Of a DNA stretch of 42,323 bases, positions 1 through 8,913 are shown piece by piece (within the stretch, counting starts at the first letter, position 1; every line of letters starts with the position of its first letter). Source of the DNA: a virus; the IMG/VR virus record IMGVR_UViG_3300031933_000299, positions 1 through 42,323 of that record. The stretch is one strand, 5' to 3'. The position numbers were made by a program, and so were the translations under genes. The notes below the pieces were generated by a model that did no database searches, had not been told where the DNA came from, and was given only the letters and a program-made list of their open reading frames with translations.

Positions 1-120
1 AACAGATGCAGCCTCATTATCTAATAGATACTCTCAAATGGTGTTTGCAGAATCCATAAACAAATGGCATGACATTTCATCTAATCTGATAGCTTCTCCT
101 ATAAATTATAATAGAAATAA

Positions 121-2118
121 ATGGAGATGATACTACGCACAAGTGAATCTAAAATAGATTATTATGTATACAGCAATTCAGGAGATTTACTTGGATCATT
201 AACAGATAGAAGCTATGCTTGTGGAAGTGGGCATTCTGGTTTTTCTCATATTGCATTTTATGGCGGTAGTATAGGCAGATATGCACAGGTTGATGTATAT
301 GATATTACTATCAGACAATATGCTAATACATCAGTCATAATAACTAATATGACCGATTATTATAAAATAGAAGTTACAAACAACGAAGAAACAGACCTTT
401 CAAATTATCAAATTCAATTAGATTCATCCGATTTAGGTATAGTTACAAACAATGAATCATGGTTATTTACTGATGTGATAGACCCTTATATAAATATTGA
501 ATTGGTTTCACCTGAAAACAATACCTACACATCAAACAATACGCTATCGTTTTCTGCAGATGGTGCTGGCAATTTATCAGCAGTATTATATATTGATTCT
601 AATCAAACGTGGGACGGTTCTATATCATCCGGGATTAACAATATAACGCCTTCTCTCTCACAAGGTTTGCATTCCTGGTATGTAAATGCATCATCTGTAT
701 ATAATGGAAGTACAGCATCCAATATAACAGGAACATGGACTTTTATATACGACACCATAAACCCCACAACAGCTAGCATAGACATTGATCCAGACTATAA
801 CAACATAGCCAATGGCACTATAGTCCAAACTAACATTGAATGGTCTGATACTAACCTAAAAAATGCATCATTCTATGTAGATTATGGCTCCGGTTACTCT
901 CTGGAAGATAGTACTACTTTCTCTGCCTCTACAGAATGGCTCAACACAAGTATAAACACCACAGGCTACACCGGGGAAACTATCTCATGGTATCAGATAG
1001 CCTACGATGAAGCCGGGAACAGCTACACATACAGCGATTCTTTCAACGTGGTTCTGAATGCTCTTAATATCTATGTCTATGATGAAACAACATCTCAATC
1101 TATTCTACCCTCTAATGTAGTGATCTATAACGAGGATATCAGCAAAGAAGCTACAATATCAGAAGTAACAAACATATCAAGCTTAAGTTATGATGGTCTT
1201 TCATCTGATAAATACATAGTAAGAGTTTCAGCAGACGGCTACTACTCAAGACAATCTATTCTCTATGTAGACATAACAAGCTTGTCTGAGCTTGACGTGT
1301 ACCTACCTTCAGAGGGTGAAACTGTAATCTTTGATCAGTTCGCTCTAACAGACAATACAGGCTCATATGATGAAGGCGACTGCATCATAAGATTAGACAA
1401 GCCTTTGGTAGATGGTACTGATACGGTATTCTCATCATATTTTGATTTTGACGGCGTGGCCTCTACTTACCTCATTGCATCAGATCAGTATATTCTCTAT
1501 GTGGAAACACCAGACAGAACCATAAGCTACGGTTGGCTCTCTCCTGACGCTGACGGCGTAATAGATATCATTATCAGTAATACGCCAGTAGGAGAAATAG
1601 AAGAATGGCTTAATTACTCACTCACTCACGATGACTACGGAGTAATTTCATTCTCTTATGAATCCAATTTAGCAATAGATAATGTAGACTTCTGGGTAAA
1701 TGCCACCAATGGCACAAATCTATACTCTGCATCCAGTGGCTCAGATATTGGCAGCTTCACTTATACAGGCTCAAACGACAGTACTTATTATGCCAGCTTC
1801 TCAGCTCTCAGTGAATCCGGTAAAACAATATCTATTACAAGAGTAATCACATTCACAGGTAGCGGCGTTCAGGATGACATGTTAAACTTCCTTCCTGAAG
1901 ATGCACCCGACTGGCTCTATAATCTCATTGGCGGCTCTATCGTTGTAATCTCTGTTCTTATGTTCGGTCAGTTCAGAATGGACGTAGGCTGCGTAATAGG
2001 CGCATCCTTGGCGGGTCTGTTCTGGTATTGGGGATTGCTGCAAATAGAAGGTATAGTAGTAGCTGTAGGTGCCATTATCGCAGTAGCTGCGGTTCTGAAT
2101 CGCTCCCGGAGGTCCTGA
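121..2118 (+). CDS. Large beta-rich surface/virion protein with C-terminal transmembrane helices (spike/adhesin-like); N-terminus probably lies upstream in another frame
   Basis: 665 aa, S/T/N/D/Y-rich with many N-x-S/T sequons and hydrophobic C-terminal segments ending in NRSRRS. No signal peptide at 121; frame +2 is open from 2 to 130. Confidence 0.75.
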   Translation: MEMILRTSESKIDYYVYSNSGDLLGSLTDRSYACGSGHSGFSHIAFYGGSIGRYAQVDVYDITIRQYANTSVIITNMTDYYKIEVTNNEETDLSNYQIQLDSSDLGIVTNNESWLFTDVIDPYINIELVSPENNTYTSNNTLSFSADGAGNLSAVLYIDSNQTWDGSISSGINNITPSLSQGLHSWYVNASSVYNGSTASNITGTWTFIYDTINPTTASIDIDPDYNNIANGTIVQTNIEWSDTNLKNASFYVDYGSGYSLEDSTTFSASTEWLNTSINTTGYTGETISWYQIAYDEAGNSYTYSDSFNVVLNALNIYVYDETTSQSILPSNVVIYNEDISKEATISEVTNISSLSYDGLSSDKYIVRVSADGYYSRQSILYVDITSLSELDVYLPSEGETVIFDQFALTDNTGSYDEGDCIIRLDKPLVDGTDTVFSSYFDFDGVASTYLIASDQYILYVETPDRTISYGWLSPDADGVIDIIISNTPVGEIEEWLNYSLTHDDYGVISFSYESNLAIDNVDFWVNATNGTNLYSASSGSDIGSFTYTGSNDSTYYASFSALSESGKTISITRVITFTGSGVQDDMLNFLPEDAPDWLYNLIGGSIVVISVLMFGQFRMDVGCVIGASLAGLFWYWGLLQIEGIVVAVGAIIAVAAVLNRSRRS

Positions 2119-2119
2119 C

Positions 2120-2491
2120 ATGGTATCATTTAAATCTGTAATAACTGCTCTATTGTTGATCCAGATTAGTATAGGTGTCATTAACATGACTGGAATATTC
2201 ACAGTCCAGGAAGATGTGAATGTAATTGACAGCGGTCAAATTGCTAATATTACAGATTCCCTTAACTCAAGTGCAAATAAGGACAGTAGCGCTCTCGATT
2301 ATTTCGCAACATTAGGTTCATTCGCATATAATGGTCTCAGATTGGCAATGCAGTTTTTCTGGATGGCTATAACCGGAGTTCCCACGATCTTAAAATTATT
2401 CCTTATGCCTGATGGACTTGCAGATCTGATAGGTTATGCAGTTGAAGTGCTCTTAGTGCTCGGAATAGTCTATAAATTATTCACGAGGTGA
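2120..2491 (+). CDS. Small membrane protein (N-terminal signal/TM plus C-terminal TMs)
   Basis: 123 aa with hydrophobic segments; GGAGGT RBS overlaps the upstream stop. Confidence 0.8.
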   Translation: MVSFKSVITALLLIQISIGVINMTGIFTVQEDVNVIDSGQIANITDSLNSSANKDSSALDYFATLGSFAYNGLRLAMQFFWMAITGVPTILKLFLMPDGLADLIGYAVEVLLVLGIVYKLFTR

Positions 2492-2496
2492 TATGA

Positions 2497-2853
2497 ATGG
2501 CTAACATAACACAGATAGACCCGGAAGCGTTCAATATCACCGCTTACCCCAGTATTATGAAATTCACTAACCTATCCAGCTATGATGCAATTTTCACACC
2601 TTTTACTGATATCTGGATAGGACAGGTTTATGGTCAATGGTGGTGGGTTCTTGTTTTGTTCGTTACGGTAGGAACAACCCTTGTTAAATCAAAAGAAATA
2701 TTCCCTACTGCCTTTGTTCTGTTAATAGTATCCTCAATACTCTCTCAGGCTGTACCTCCTGAGATTCAAACAATAATGTATCTGCTCATGGTATTGGGAT
2801 TCTTCGGAGCTTTGTATGGATGGTTTGAAGATCGTAACGGAGGAATGTACTGA
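2497..2853 (+). CDS. Small multi-pass membrane protein
   Basis: 118 aa, three hydrophobic segments (WWWVLVLFVTVG, FPTAFVLLIVSSIL, IMYLLMVLGFFGALYGWF); GAGGTGA RBS. Confidence 0.8.
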   Translation: MANITQIDPEAFNITAYPSIMKFTNLSSYDAIFTPFTDIWIGQVYGQWWWVLVLFVTVGTTLVKSKEIFPTAFVLLIVSSILSQAVPPEIQTIMYLLMVLGFFGALYGWFEDRNGGMY

Positions 2854-3014
2854 TGTTTGTAATTGATGATAGAGGCAAAGCCCGAAAAATAAGTGATATT
2901 GAAGATATAGAAAAAATCAACAAAAAGACAATGAGAGTCTTTGATGATGACGGCAAGATGTTAGCCAGGAAGATGTCTAAAAGTGCATTAAAAGCTAAAT
3001 TTGGAGGCAGATAA
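2853..3014 (+). CDS. Small hypothetical protein (53 aa, MFVIDDRGKARK...)
   Basis: ATG overlaps the upstream TGA; GGAGG RBS; stop abuts the next ATG. Below the ORF-track length cutoff. Confidence 0.6.
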   Translation: MFVIDDRGKARKISDIEDIEKINKKTMRVFDDDGKMLARKMSKSALKAKFGGR

Positions 3015-3404
3015 ATGAAGTTCTTGAAAAGAAAATATGCTGAGTTCAAAGAGGACAAAGCAAAGGAGAAAGCAATAGACAAGAAGATCAAGCAAGTCCA
3101 GGAAGGCCAGAAGATAGCAGCAGAAAAAAAGAATCTTATAAGCATGGGTCTATCTGATGATGAAGCAGAATTTAAGGCTCGCAAGAATATGAAGAAGGCT
3201 AACCGCAAAGAAAAGATTGATTCCTTGGTATCTGGAGTTGGTGGTGCTGTTGATGCTCTCTCTATGGATATGGGTATAGATTCAGATCTTCCAGCAAAAA
3301 AGAAAAGCTCAGGCTCAAAGAAGAAATCCAAACCCAAAAAAAAGAAAGGTAAAGGTGGAGGCGGTAATCCCTTGAATATGGATTTGCCGGGATTTAAGTT
3401 ATAA
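3015..3404 (+). CDS. Lys-rich basic hypothetical protein (possible DNA-binding)
   Basis: 129 aa with a KKKSSGSKKKSKPKKKKGK tail; GGAGG RBS; last gene of the + strand operon. Confidence 0.75.
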   Translation: MKFLKRKYAEFKEDKAKEKAIDKKIKQVQEGQKIAAEKKNLISMGLSDDEAEFKARKNMKKANRKEKIDSLVSGVGGAVDALSMDMGIDSDLPAKKKSSGSKKKSKPKKKKGKGGGGNPLNMDLPGFKL

Positions 3405-3409
3405 TTAGG

Positions 3410-3802
3410 TTATGTATTTGATGTAAAATATTCTGTCATCACTTTTAATGAGTATATAATAATTACAAAAATCATTATGTAGATATATATCTCAATTTCT
3501 TTTTTATTTATAATGGGTTTCTTTATTCTTTCTGCTTTGCTGTTATCTATAATGTCTGGAGTAATATGCGTGGTAGTTCTGGAGTAATTTGTGTATTTGC
3601 TGTAGGGTTTCTTTATTGGTATTCTGGCACAATTATGAGTTTCAGGTAAACGATGTTTTGAACAGAAAGTTCCACCACAGCCCCGGCATGTAAAAGGAAG
3701 CGGCAAAGTTTTTGATTTTATTCTTTTATTGCCTCCGGTTTCATAAGAATAGGTATCTCCTCCTATCTCCTCTCCGCAAAAATCACATTTCATTTTTACC
3801 AC
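3410..3802 (-). CDS. AN1-type zinc-finger protein with C-terminal TM helix
   Basis: CDFC...LPFTCRGCGGTFCSKHRLPETHNC matches the AN1 pattern; hydrophobic IYIYIMIFVIIIY near the C-terminus. Confidence 0.8.
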   Translation of the reverse strand: MVKMKCDFCGEEIGGDTYSYETGGNKRIKSKTLPLPFTCRGCGGTFCSKHRLPETHNCARIPIKKPYSKYTNYSRTTTHITPDIIDNSKAERIKKPIINKKEIEIYIYIMIFVIIIYSLKVMTEYFTSNT

Positions 3803-4059
3803 TGTACACTATAATATTTTATACAATGGTTATTAATAATCATTAATAGCTTTTTTGCTATGTCTTTAAAGCACTTTGGGAGCACACTTCAAATACATCT
3901 TTTTTGCTTCAGGTGGCTTAATTCTATTATACAACTCCTCTGCATCCCTCGGAGCATCTCCTCTTATCCATCTGCGAAAATCTTTAGGCATTCCGTTTTG
4001 CCTTGCATGAGTGGTCCAGCAATGCCGGAAACAATCATGGTTTAAAAAATCAAAATAAG

Positions 4060-4965
4060 TTAATAATCAATCAGTCGAGGAACACTCCTTAAGTAATCCT
4101 TCCTGACAAGTTCCATGTCTACAGCGAGATAATGTCCTGTCCAGACCTTATCATTAAGGGAGTGGCCTAAAAGTGTCTTAATGTGCTCCTCCTTCATTCC
4201 TGCGCGCCGTAAATGGGTTACCAGAAAGCCACGGAAGCAATGACTTGTAAGCTGTGCTTCAAGTGGTCCTATAGGGTCATGTAGCCCGATGGGTTCCGCA
4301 TATGCCTGAATGAATTGGTTAATATAATCTTTGTGAACTCTGCCGCCAGTGTCAGAAATCCATAAGTAGCCTGTTTTACACTTCCCCAGTCGCGCGCGGG
4401 CATTCCTCCATGCAAGGTACTTTTCAAGAACTACGTGCAATTCATCATCTATGAATCTGATACGGTTCTTTGCTCGTTTCTTCCTGACAATTACAATCGT
4501 GTCTCTGGTAAGGTCAATGTCTTCCGGCTTTAGCTCTAACAGTTCTGACCTTCTGATACCTGTCTTTGCAAGGATCATAACTATGGCAATTTCCCGGATA
4601 AAATCAAGTGAGTTAATTAATTGTCTGGCCTGATCAATTGTCAGTACTTGCCTGCGGTCTGAATCGCATGATGTGTCAAGATATCTTTTTCTAAATCCTG
4701 ATACTGGATTCTTATCAGTGACCTGTTTGTAAATTAGAAATTCATAAAAAGACGAGATAGCAGAAAAGTTAGATTTCAGGGTGCTTACTTTTAATTCCCT
4801 CTCCAGTAAATGCCCTAAGTAGTATTCTAAATCTTCATAGGTTACGTTTTCAGGTTCTGGATTATGCTCTAAAAACTCTTTTACATTGCATGAATAGCTG
4901 CGTATTGTCCTGTGGGTGCGTCTACGCAATGCTAAATCATTCTCAAATTTCTTAAGTATCTCCAC
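4060..4965 (-). CDS. int: Tyrosine recombinase/integrase (XerC/D-like)
   Basis: N-terminal SAM-like core-binding region; catalytic motifs TGIRRSEL (R), KK, HCFR (HxxR), LLGH and C-terminal Y (GHYL). Confidence 0.93.
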   Translation of the reverse strand: MEILKKFENDLALRRRTHRTIRSYSCNVKEFLEHNPEPENVTYEDLEYYLGHLLERELKVSTLKSNFSAISSFYEFLIYKQVTDKNPVSGFRKRYLDTSCDSDRRQVLTIDQARQLINSLDFIREIAIVMILAKTGIRRSELLELKPEDIDLTRDTIVIVRKKRAKNRIRFIDDELHVVLEKYLAWRNARARLGKCKTGYLWISDTGGRVHKDYINQFIQAYAEPIGLHDPIGPLEAQLTSHCFRGFLVTHLRRAGMKEEHIKTLLGHSLNDKVWTGHYLAVDMELVRKDYLRSVPRLIDY

Positions 4966-5095
4966 GTTTTAATCACCTTTTTTTAAGTGTTGCGGCTATA
5001 TGGAGCTTTACATGATTAATATATTATGAAAGAGTGTTTTTAAAAACAATAGGCTATGGCTTTAATCTTTGGAAAAACAAGAAGAAAAGGGTGAA

Positions 5096-5111
5096 TGCGC
5101 CGACCGGGATT
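5096..5111 (-). other. Putative attP core identical to a tRNA 3' end (likely tRNA-Gly; T-loop crossover)
   Basis: Minus strand reads AATCCCGGTCGGCGCA = end of T-loop, 3' T-stem, 3' acceptor strand and discriminator A of a tRNA starting GCGCCGA. It lies about 130 bp upstream of the integrase; the rest of the tRNA is absent. Confidence 0.65.
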
Positions 5112-5410
5112 AGTTCCTCAATTTGAGGTTCCAATCCCGTGGCCTTCATTCACCCGATGATAACAAAGAAACCGTGGGATTAAGCAGAATCACGGTTTTA
5201 ACCTGTTGGCGCAGGCTGCCACATCAGGACAATTAAGTATTGTATTTCGTAGTATTTTAATCTTTTTTCTGATGCTTATATAAATGTCATATATACAGTT
5301 CGTAAAAACACGAACAAACAGTACAATAAACTTTATATATCTTTCTTTCTAATCTTAGTTCAGTAAGAATTTGGCGATTCTTACGGACAAAATCAACGAA
5401 GGATGAAGCA

Positions 5411-5617
5411 ATGAAAGACTTAATAACAAGTAGCGGAAGCTCTATTTTAAAAGCTTGCACAGAAGAAACACACTGTAAAAGGTGTAATAATCTATTCTCA
5501 ATCCAATCCCTACACCAGGGATATTGTTTTACCTGCTCAGTCGAGAACTTCAAAAAAGAGCAGCTTGCAAAATTAGGATTTGACTATATTTTACCAATAC
5601 TTGCAACGGAGGCCTAA
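5411..5617 (+). CDS. Small Cys-containing hypothetical protein (possible Zn finger)
   Basis: CKRC...CFTC motifs; first gene of the rightward operon. Confidence 0.6.
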   Translation: MKDLITSSGSSILKACTEETHCKRCNNLFSIQSLHQGYCFTCSVENFKKEQLAKLGFDYILPILATEA

Positions 5618-5620
5618 ACA

Positions 5621-5821
5621 ATGTCCTCCACACTTACCAATGATGAAGCGGACTCTATTTCTCCATGTACCATCACTCACTCCACAGGGTCCGCAAACAC
5701 TTCCCTTGAAAACAGCGCCTTTGAATCTCTCGGCTCCCAAAGGGCAAGAGATGCAGCCAGAGTAAGAGCAAGGCGCGTATTTTCACAATCAGGCCATACA
5801 GGGGGCCTAAACAATGAATGA
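5621..5821 (+). CDS. Hypothetical protein
   Basis: GGAGG RBS before the ATG; packed within the operon. Confidence 0.5.
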   Translation: MSSTLTNDEADSISPCTITHSTGSANTSLENSAFESLGSQRARDAARVRARRVFSQSGHTGGLNNE

Positions 5822-6059
5822 TATCTTTCATTATCCTGAAGAACTCGAAAGATGGCGCAAGCATAACAATCACTGTAAAAAAGTATCTTCTGCAGTTCGT
5901 AAAAGTGGCAATCAGCACAATCTCACATCAGAAAAAAGAAAGCAACAGGCCATTACACTATATATTAAACATGGTTCATTAGGTCACGTTTGCAGCACCT
6001 TACGTATGGGTCGTAACACCCTTGTTAATATTCTTAAGGAGGCTGGAGTCTATGAGTAA
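5814..6059 (+). CDS. Small HTH DNA-binding protein
   Basis: AITLYIKHGSLGHVCSTLRMGRNTLVNILKEAGV is HTH-like. Confidence 0.65.
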   Translation: MNDIFHYPEELERWRKHNNHCKKVSSAVRKSGNQHNLTSEKRKQQAITLYIKHGSLGHVCSTLRMGRNTLVNILKEAGVYE

Positions 6060-6318
6060 AACATGCGGCTCCTGTGCTCATGCCAAAGATCATGAAGAAA
6101 AAAGAGAGATTCTGCGTCATTGGTGCACTAATAAAAATCAATGGATGCTCTCAGACTGTAAACGCTGCACAGAAGGCATAGACGAATTAATGCATGTTCC
6201 TCACTGCTTACTCTGTACTCATGATAATTCAGGCTGTCTGGTATGTAAAGCAGGAGTTCTCAGAGTTCATACAGACGATGGCATTAAGGCACCTAAGAAC
6301 TGCTCTCGCTATAACTAA
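6052..6318 (+). CDS. Cys-rich zinc-binding protein
   Basis: Several CxxC motifs; start moved from 6022 to ATG 6052 (GGAG RBS, overlaps upstream stop). Confidence 0.65.
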   Translation: MSKTCGSCAHAKDHEEKREILRHWCTNKNQWMLSDCKRCTEGIDELMHVPHCLLCTHDNSGCLVCKAGVLRVHTDDGIKAPKNCSRYN

Positions 6319-6327
6319 GGTGCTCCA

Positions 6328-7794
6328 ATGGCTGATAAGTTCAAATTCGCCGAGCCTGTTACGCATGAGTTTGGTGCATTTTTCCTCTATAAAGAGCTGG
6401 ATCTATATAATTCAGTAATCAACTACTTCATGCACTCTGTAGATGATCCATATAACCACTATCTTACACTCAGCACTCGAAGGTTTAAATTCTTCTCAAA
6501 ACCCGGAGGACTAAAGAACCCAAAGACCGGGAAAATAGCATTTGAGTATATACTTACATGGAAAGATGCATTCGGAGCAAGTAAATGCACATTCACAATT
6601 AAGCCGCTCTTCGGAGCCGGCACCAAAACAAAAACAGGCAAAACCCTGAACCTACCAACAGTAGGCACTCAGATACAGGTTCAATCCAGTTACATAGAAC
6701 TCGATGAGCTACTAACTCTGTTTGAATCTTTCATGGATCAGATAGATGCTGCAAGGTTTGTCTATTCTCTTGACCGTAACAATTCTAAAATATACCAGAT
6801 GGCCCGGCACGTCAGGTATCATGAATCCTATGAGAACACAGTAGCCGGAATGCTCCAAAAAATAGAGCAGGAATCTTCCACCTTAGGAGATGTAAATCTA
6901 ACCAAACAAATGGACTCCGGCAAATACTACATGTACTATCTCTCAAACCCGGACTTCAAAGTATGTAATATTAATACAAAATTCAGTCACTCAGTAAAAA
7001 CATACAGAATCAAGAACTATAAAGAGCGCACTTCTGCAGACCCTCTCAGACATCCAAAGCTCGAAGTATTCTTGCATTCAGATGATAACAACCCTTCAAT
7101 TAATCAGTATCTCGAACTCAAAAGGGATTTAGACGACTTACTTATCAAACTATTAAGCTTTGTACAACCGATTGAATATGTTACAGACGAATACTTTGAC
7201 GGAGAAAGAGTCTTTGAATACAGAAACAAGCTCCCAATATGGGACTATGAAAACCTTCCAAACCCAGACATAGACGGTTTTGATCTCTGGCACCATCCTG
7301 AGAAAACATTATCCGTACTTGCCTACATTGCCACACAGTCAGAAGGCTGTACGGAGTTCAGGCAAATATCAGAAGCTCTTACTATTCCTATTCGTTCATT
7401 ATGGCGTTATATCAATCACTGGAAATGTGAGGGTGTATTAGATACAAAGCGCAAAGAATGCACCTATGTATTTTTCAAATCTAAGAGCCTCTGGCAATCT
7501 ATCAAAGAACCTATTCTACAGGTTTGCTCATTCCTAAAAATCAACTTTAAGAGGGTCTGGGGTCAGACGTTCATAGATTCTGGTGTAATCCGTAATTTCA
7601 GAGAACGCCGTAAAAAGAACTTGAAACCTCACAAAGTAACTGGCGATGATAAAAGAGAATTAGTTGTCGTTGACGATGCCAGGAAAGCAAACGCTCTTAG
7701 GAAGGAACTGAGGGAAGAGGGAGTATCACATTTATTCAAAATTGGGATAGCCTCCACAAAATCAAACATGCGGTATAGTCGGGTAATCAATTAG
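6328..7794 (+). CDS. Putative replication initiator resembling the betapleolipovirus conserved protein (HRPV-3 ORF9-like), with C-terminal winged HTH
   Basis: VKTYRIKNY...DPLRHPKLEV resembles the motif I recall for this family; wHTH-like segment TEFRQISEALTIPIRSLWRYINHWKCEGVL. Recognised from memory only. Confidence 0.55.
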   Translation: MADKFKFAEPVTHEFGAFFLYKELDLYNSVINYFMHSVDDPYNHYLTLSTRRFKFFSKPGGLKNPKTGKIAFEYILTWKDAFGASKCTFTIKPLFGAGTKTKTGKTLNLPTVGTQIQVQSSYIELDELLTLFESFMDQIDAARFVYSLDRNNSKIYQMARHVRYHESYENTVAGMLQKIEQESSTLGDVNLTKQMDSGKYYMYYLSNPDFKVCNINTKFSHSVKTYRIKNYKERTSADPLRHPKLEVFLHSDDNNPSINQYLELKRDLDDLLIKLLSFVQPIEYVTDEYFDGERVFEYRNKLPIWDYENLPNPDIDGFDLWHHPEKTLSVLAYIATQSEGCTEFRQISEALTIPIRSLWRYINHWKCEGVLDTKRKECTYVFFKSKSLWQSIKEPILQVCSFLKINFKRVWGQTFIDSGVIRNFRERRKKNLKPHKVTGDDKRELVVVDDARKANALRKELREEGVSHLFKIGIASTKSNMRYSRVIN

Positions 7795-7925
7795 CGTAAG
7801 CTATGGAGAAATGAAACAATGAAAGAAAATAGAAAACAGGCATTCGTTGCAAGATTGAAAGTAAGACGTGAAATGAAGAAAGGAAAGGATTCCAAGAACC
7901 CATAGATAAGGAAGTGATTAATAAA

Positions 7926-8129
7926 ATGCCAATCGGAGAAATGACAGATTATAGGGGATGTGGTTTCGAAACTGACCACAAAGATGGGAGTAAGTTTTGG
8001 ACTACTTACATCTACAACAGGGTTGCCCCCTACGAGTATGAACTACTAACAATATTACAGTTCCTAGGTGAACCAACACTAGAGAGAATCCAGAAAAATA
8101 TAGACCAAGAGGTTTATGGCGAGTGGTGA
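7926..8129 (+). CDS. Small hypothetical cassette gene
   Basis: Follows the motif copy at 7897-7916; ATG 7926 preferred over GTG 7914. Confidence 0.65.
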   Translation: MPIGEMTDYRGCGFETDHKDGSKFWTTYIYNRVAPYEYELLTILQFLGEPTLERIQKNIDQEVYGEW

Positions 8130-8197
8130 AACTGCCAAATAGAGGAAGTATGAACAATGGATAGATACAAACTACCCATAGAAAAGGAAGTGAAGAG

Positions 8198-8527
8198 ATG
8201 AGTTTCAAACGAGGCCGGGATATTAAGGAAGCAAATCGCAGAATATCAGGTTTAATGAAGAGTATCAAAGAAGTGGAATCTCAAAATATTGAGATCAAAG
8301 AAAGAATTGCAGACAACAACGCCCAGATCTACTCTTTGCAGGACAATGTTTCTGAATTGCGTATTGAAAATGCTGCATATGAGGAATCAATCGAAGATAA
8401 TAATGAATGGATCGAGGAAGCAAAGACTGAGATTAACCAGTTAAAAAATATGTTTGAAGGTGTAGAGATAAGGGCATGTGATAAGCCACGACCTGACAGT
8501 GAGAAGCGGCTTACAGCATTCACATAA
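8198..8527 (+). CDS. Coiled-coil hypothetical cassette gene
   Basis: 109 aa with heptad-like pattern; bounded by motif copies at 8174 and 8526. Confidence 0.75.
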   Translation: MSFKRGRDIKEANRRISGLMKSIKEVESQNIEIKERIADNNAQIYSLQDNVSELRIENAAYEESIEDNNEWIEEAKTEINQLKNMFEGVEIRACDKPRPDSEKRLTAFT

Positions 8528-8582
8528 CCCATAATAAAGGAAGTGGAACGATGGAAGATGAAGATTTTATCATGGAAGAACC
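8528..8582 (+). repeat. 55-bp exact direct repeat of the window end (42269-42323)
   Basis: Base-by-base identity over 55 nt; the preceding bases differ (a8527 vs c42268). Confidence 0.97.
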
Positions 8583-8913
8583 CGAATGGGATAAAATAAA
8601 TGCAGAGATTCATGCAGAAGAGCAAGAGCAAGAGCGCAAAGATAAGGCCATTCTTGAGCAGGTTAAACAACAAGTCTCTCCTACAATTTACCAACAGATT
8701 CAATCAGAAATCGAGGAATCAGGATACACCCACGACTATCGAATTGTCGATGCTCCAAAGGGTGATTTTCAAGACCGTTCAAATGAATATGATGATTATT
8801 TTCTTAATATGTGGGTTGATCAGTACTCCGGGTATTTTGGAGATGATTTTCATGGAACAGTAGATATTGAGCTATCAGAAGGTAAATACCTGCGCTGGTC
8901 ATTTTCAATGTAA
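8551..8913 (+). CDS. Acidic hypothetical cassette gene (its start recurs at 42292)
   Basis: 120 aa flanked by motif copies; the first codons reappear at the window end. Confidence 0.8.
   Translation: MEDEDFIMEEPEWDKINAEIHAEEQEQERKDKAILEQVKQQVSPTIYQQIQSEIEESGYTHDYRIVDAPKGDFQDRSNEYDDYFLNMWVDQYSGYFGDDFHGTVDIELSEGKYLRWSFSM

Larger units (their letters stand above)
1..8527. mobile_element. Partial integrative element, probably a pleolipovirus-like enveloped archaeal virus in episomal (attP) configuration
   Basis: Large C-terminally membrane-anchored protein, two small multi-TM proteins, tyrosine integrase, single tRNA-3'-like att core with element genes on both sides, and a Rep-like protein with PLxHPKLEV and a C-terminal wHTH. 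No head-tail or host housekeeping genes. Confidence 0.6.

Noticed and set aside
2786-3337. 183-aa minus-strand ORF and the many other antisense ORFs over structural and early genes
   Set aside because: Shadow frames opposite well-supported genes, with no RBS or recognisable motifs.
5096-5111. Intact tRNA-Gly gene
   Set aside because: Only the 3' 16 nt match; no D or anticodon arm upstream on the minus strand.
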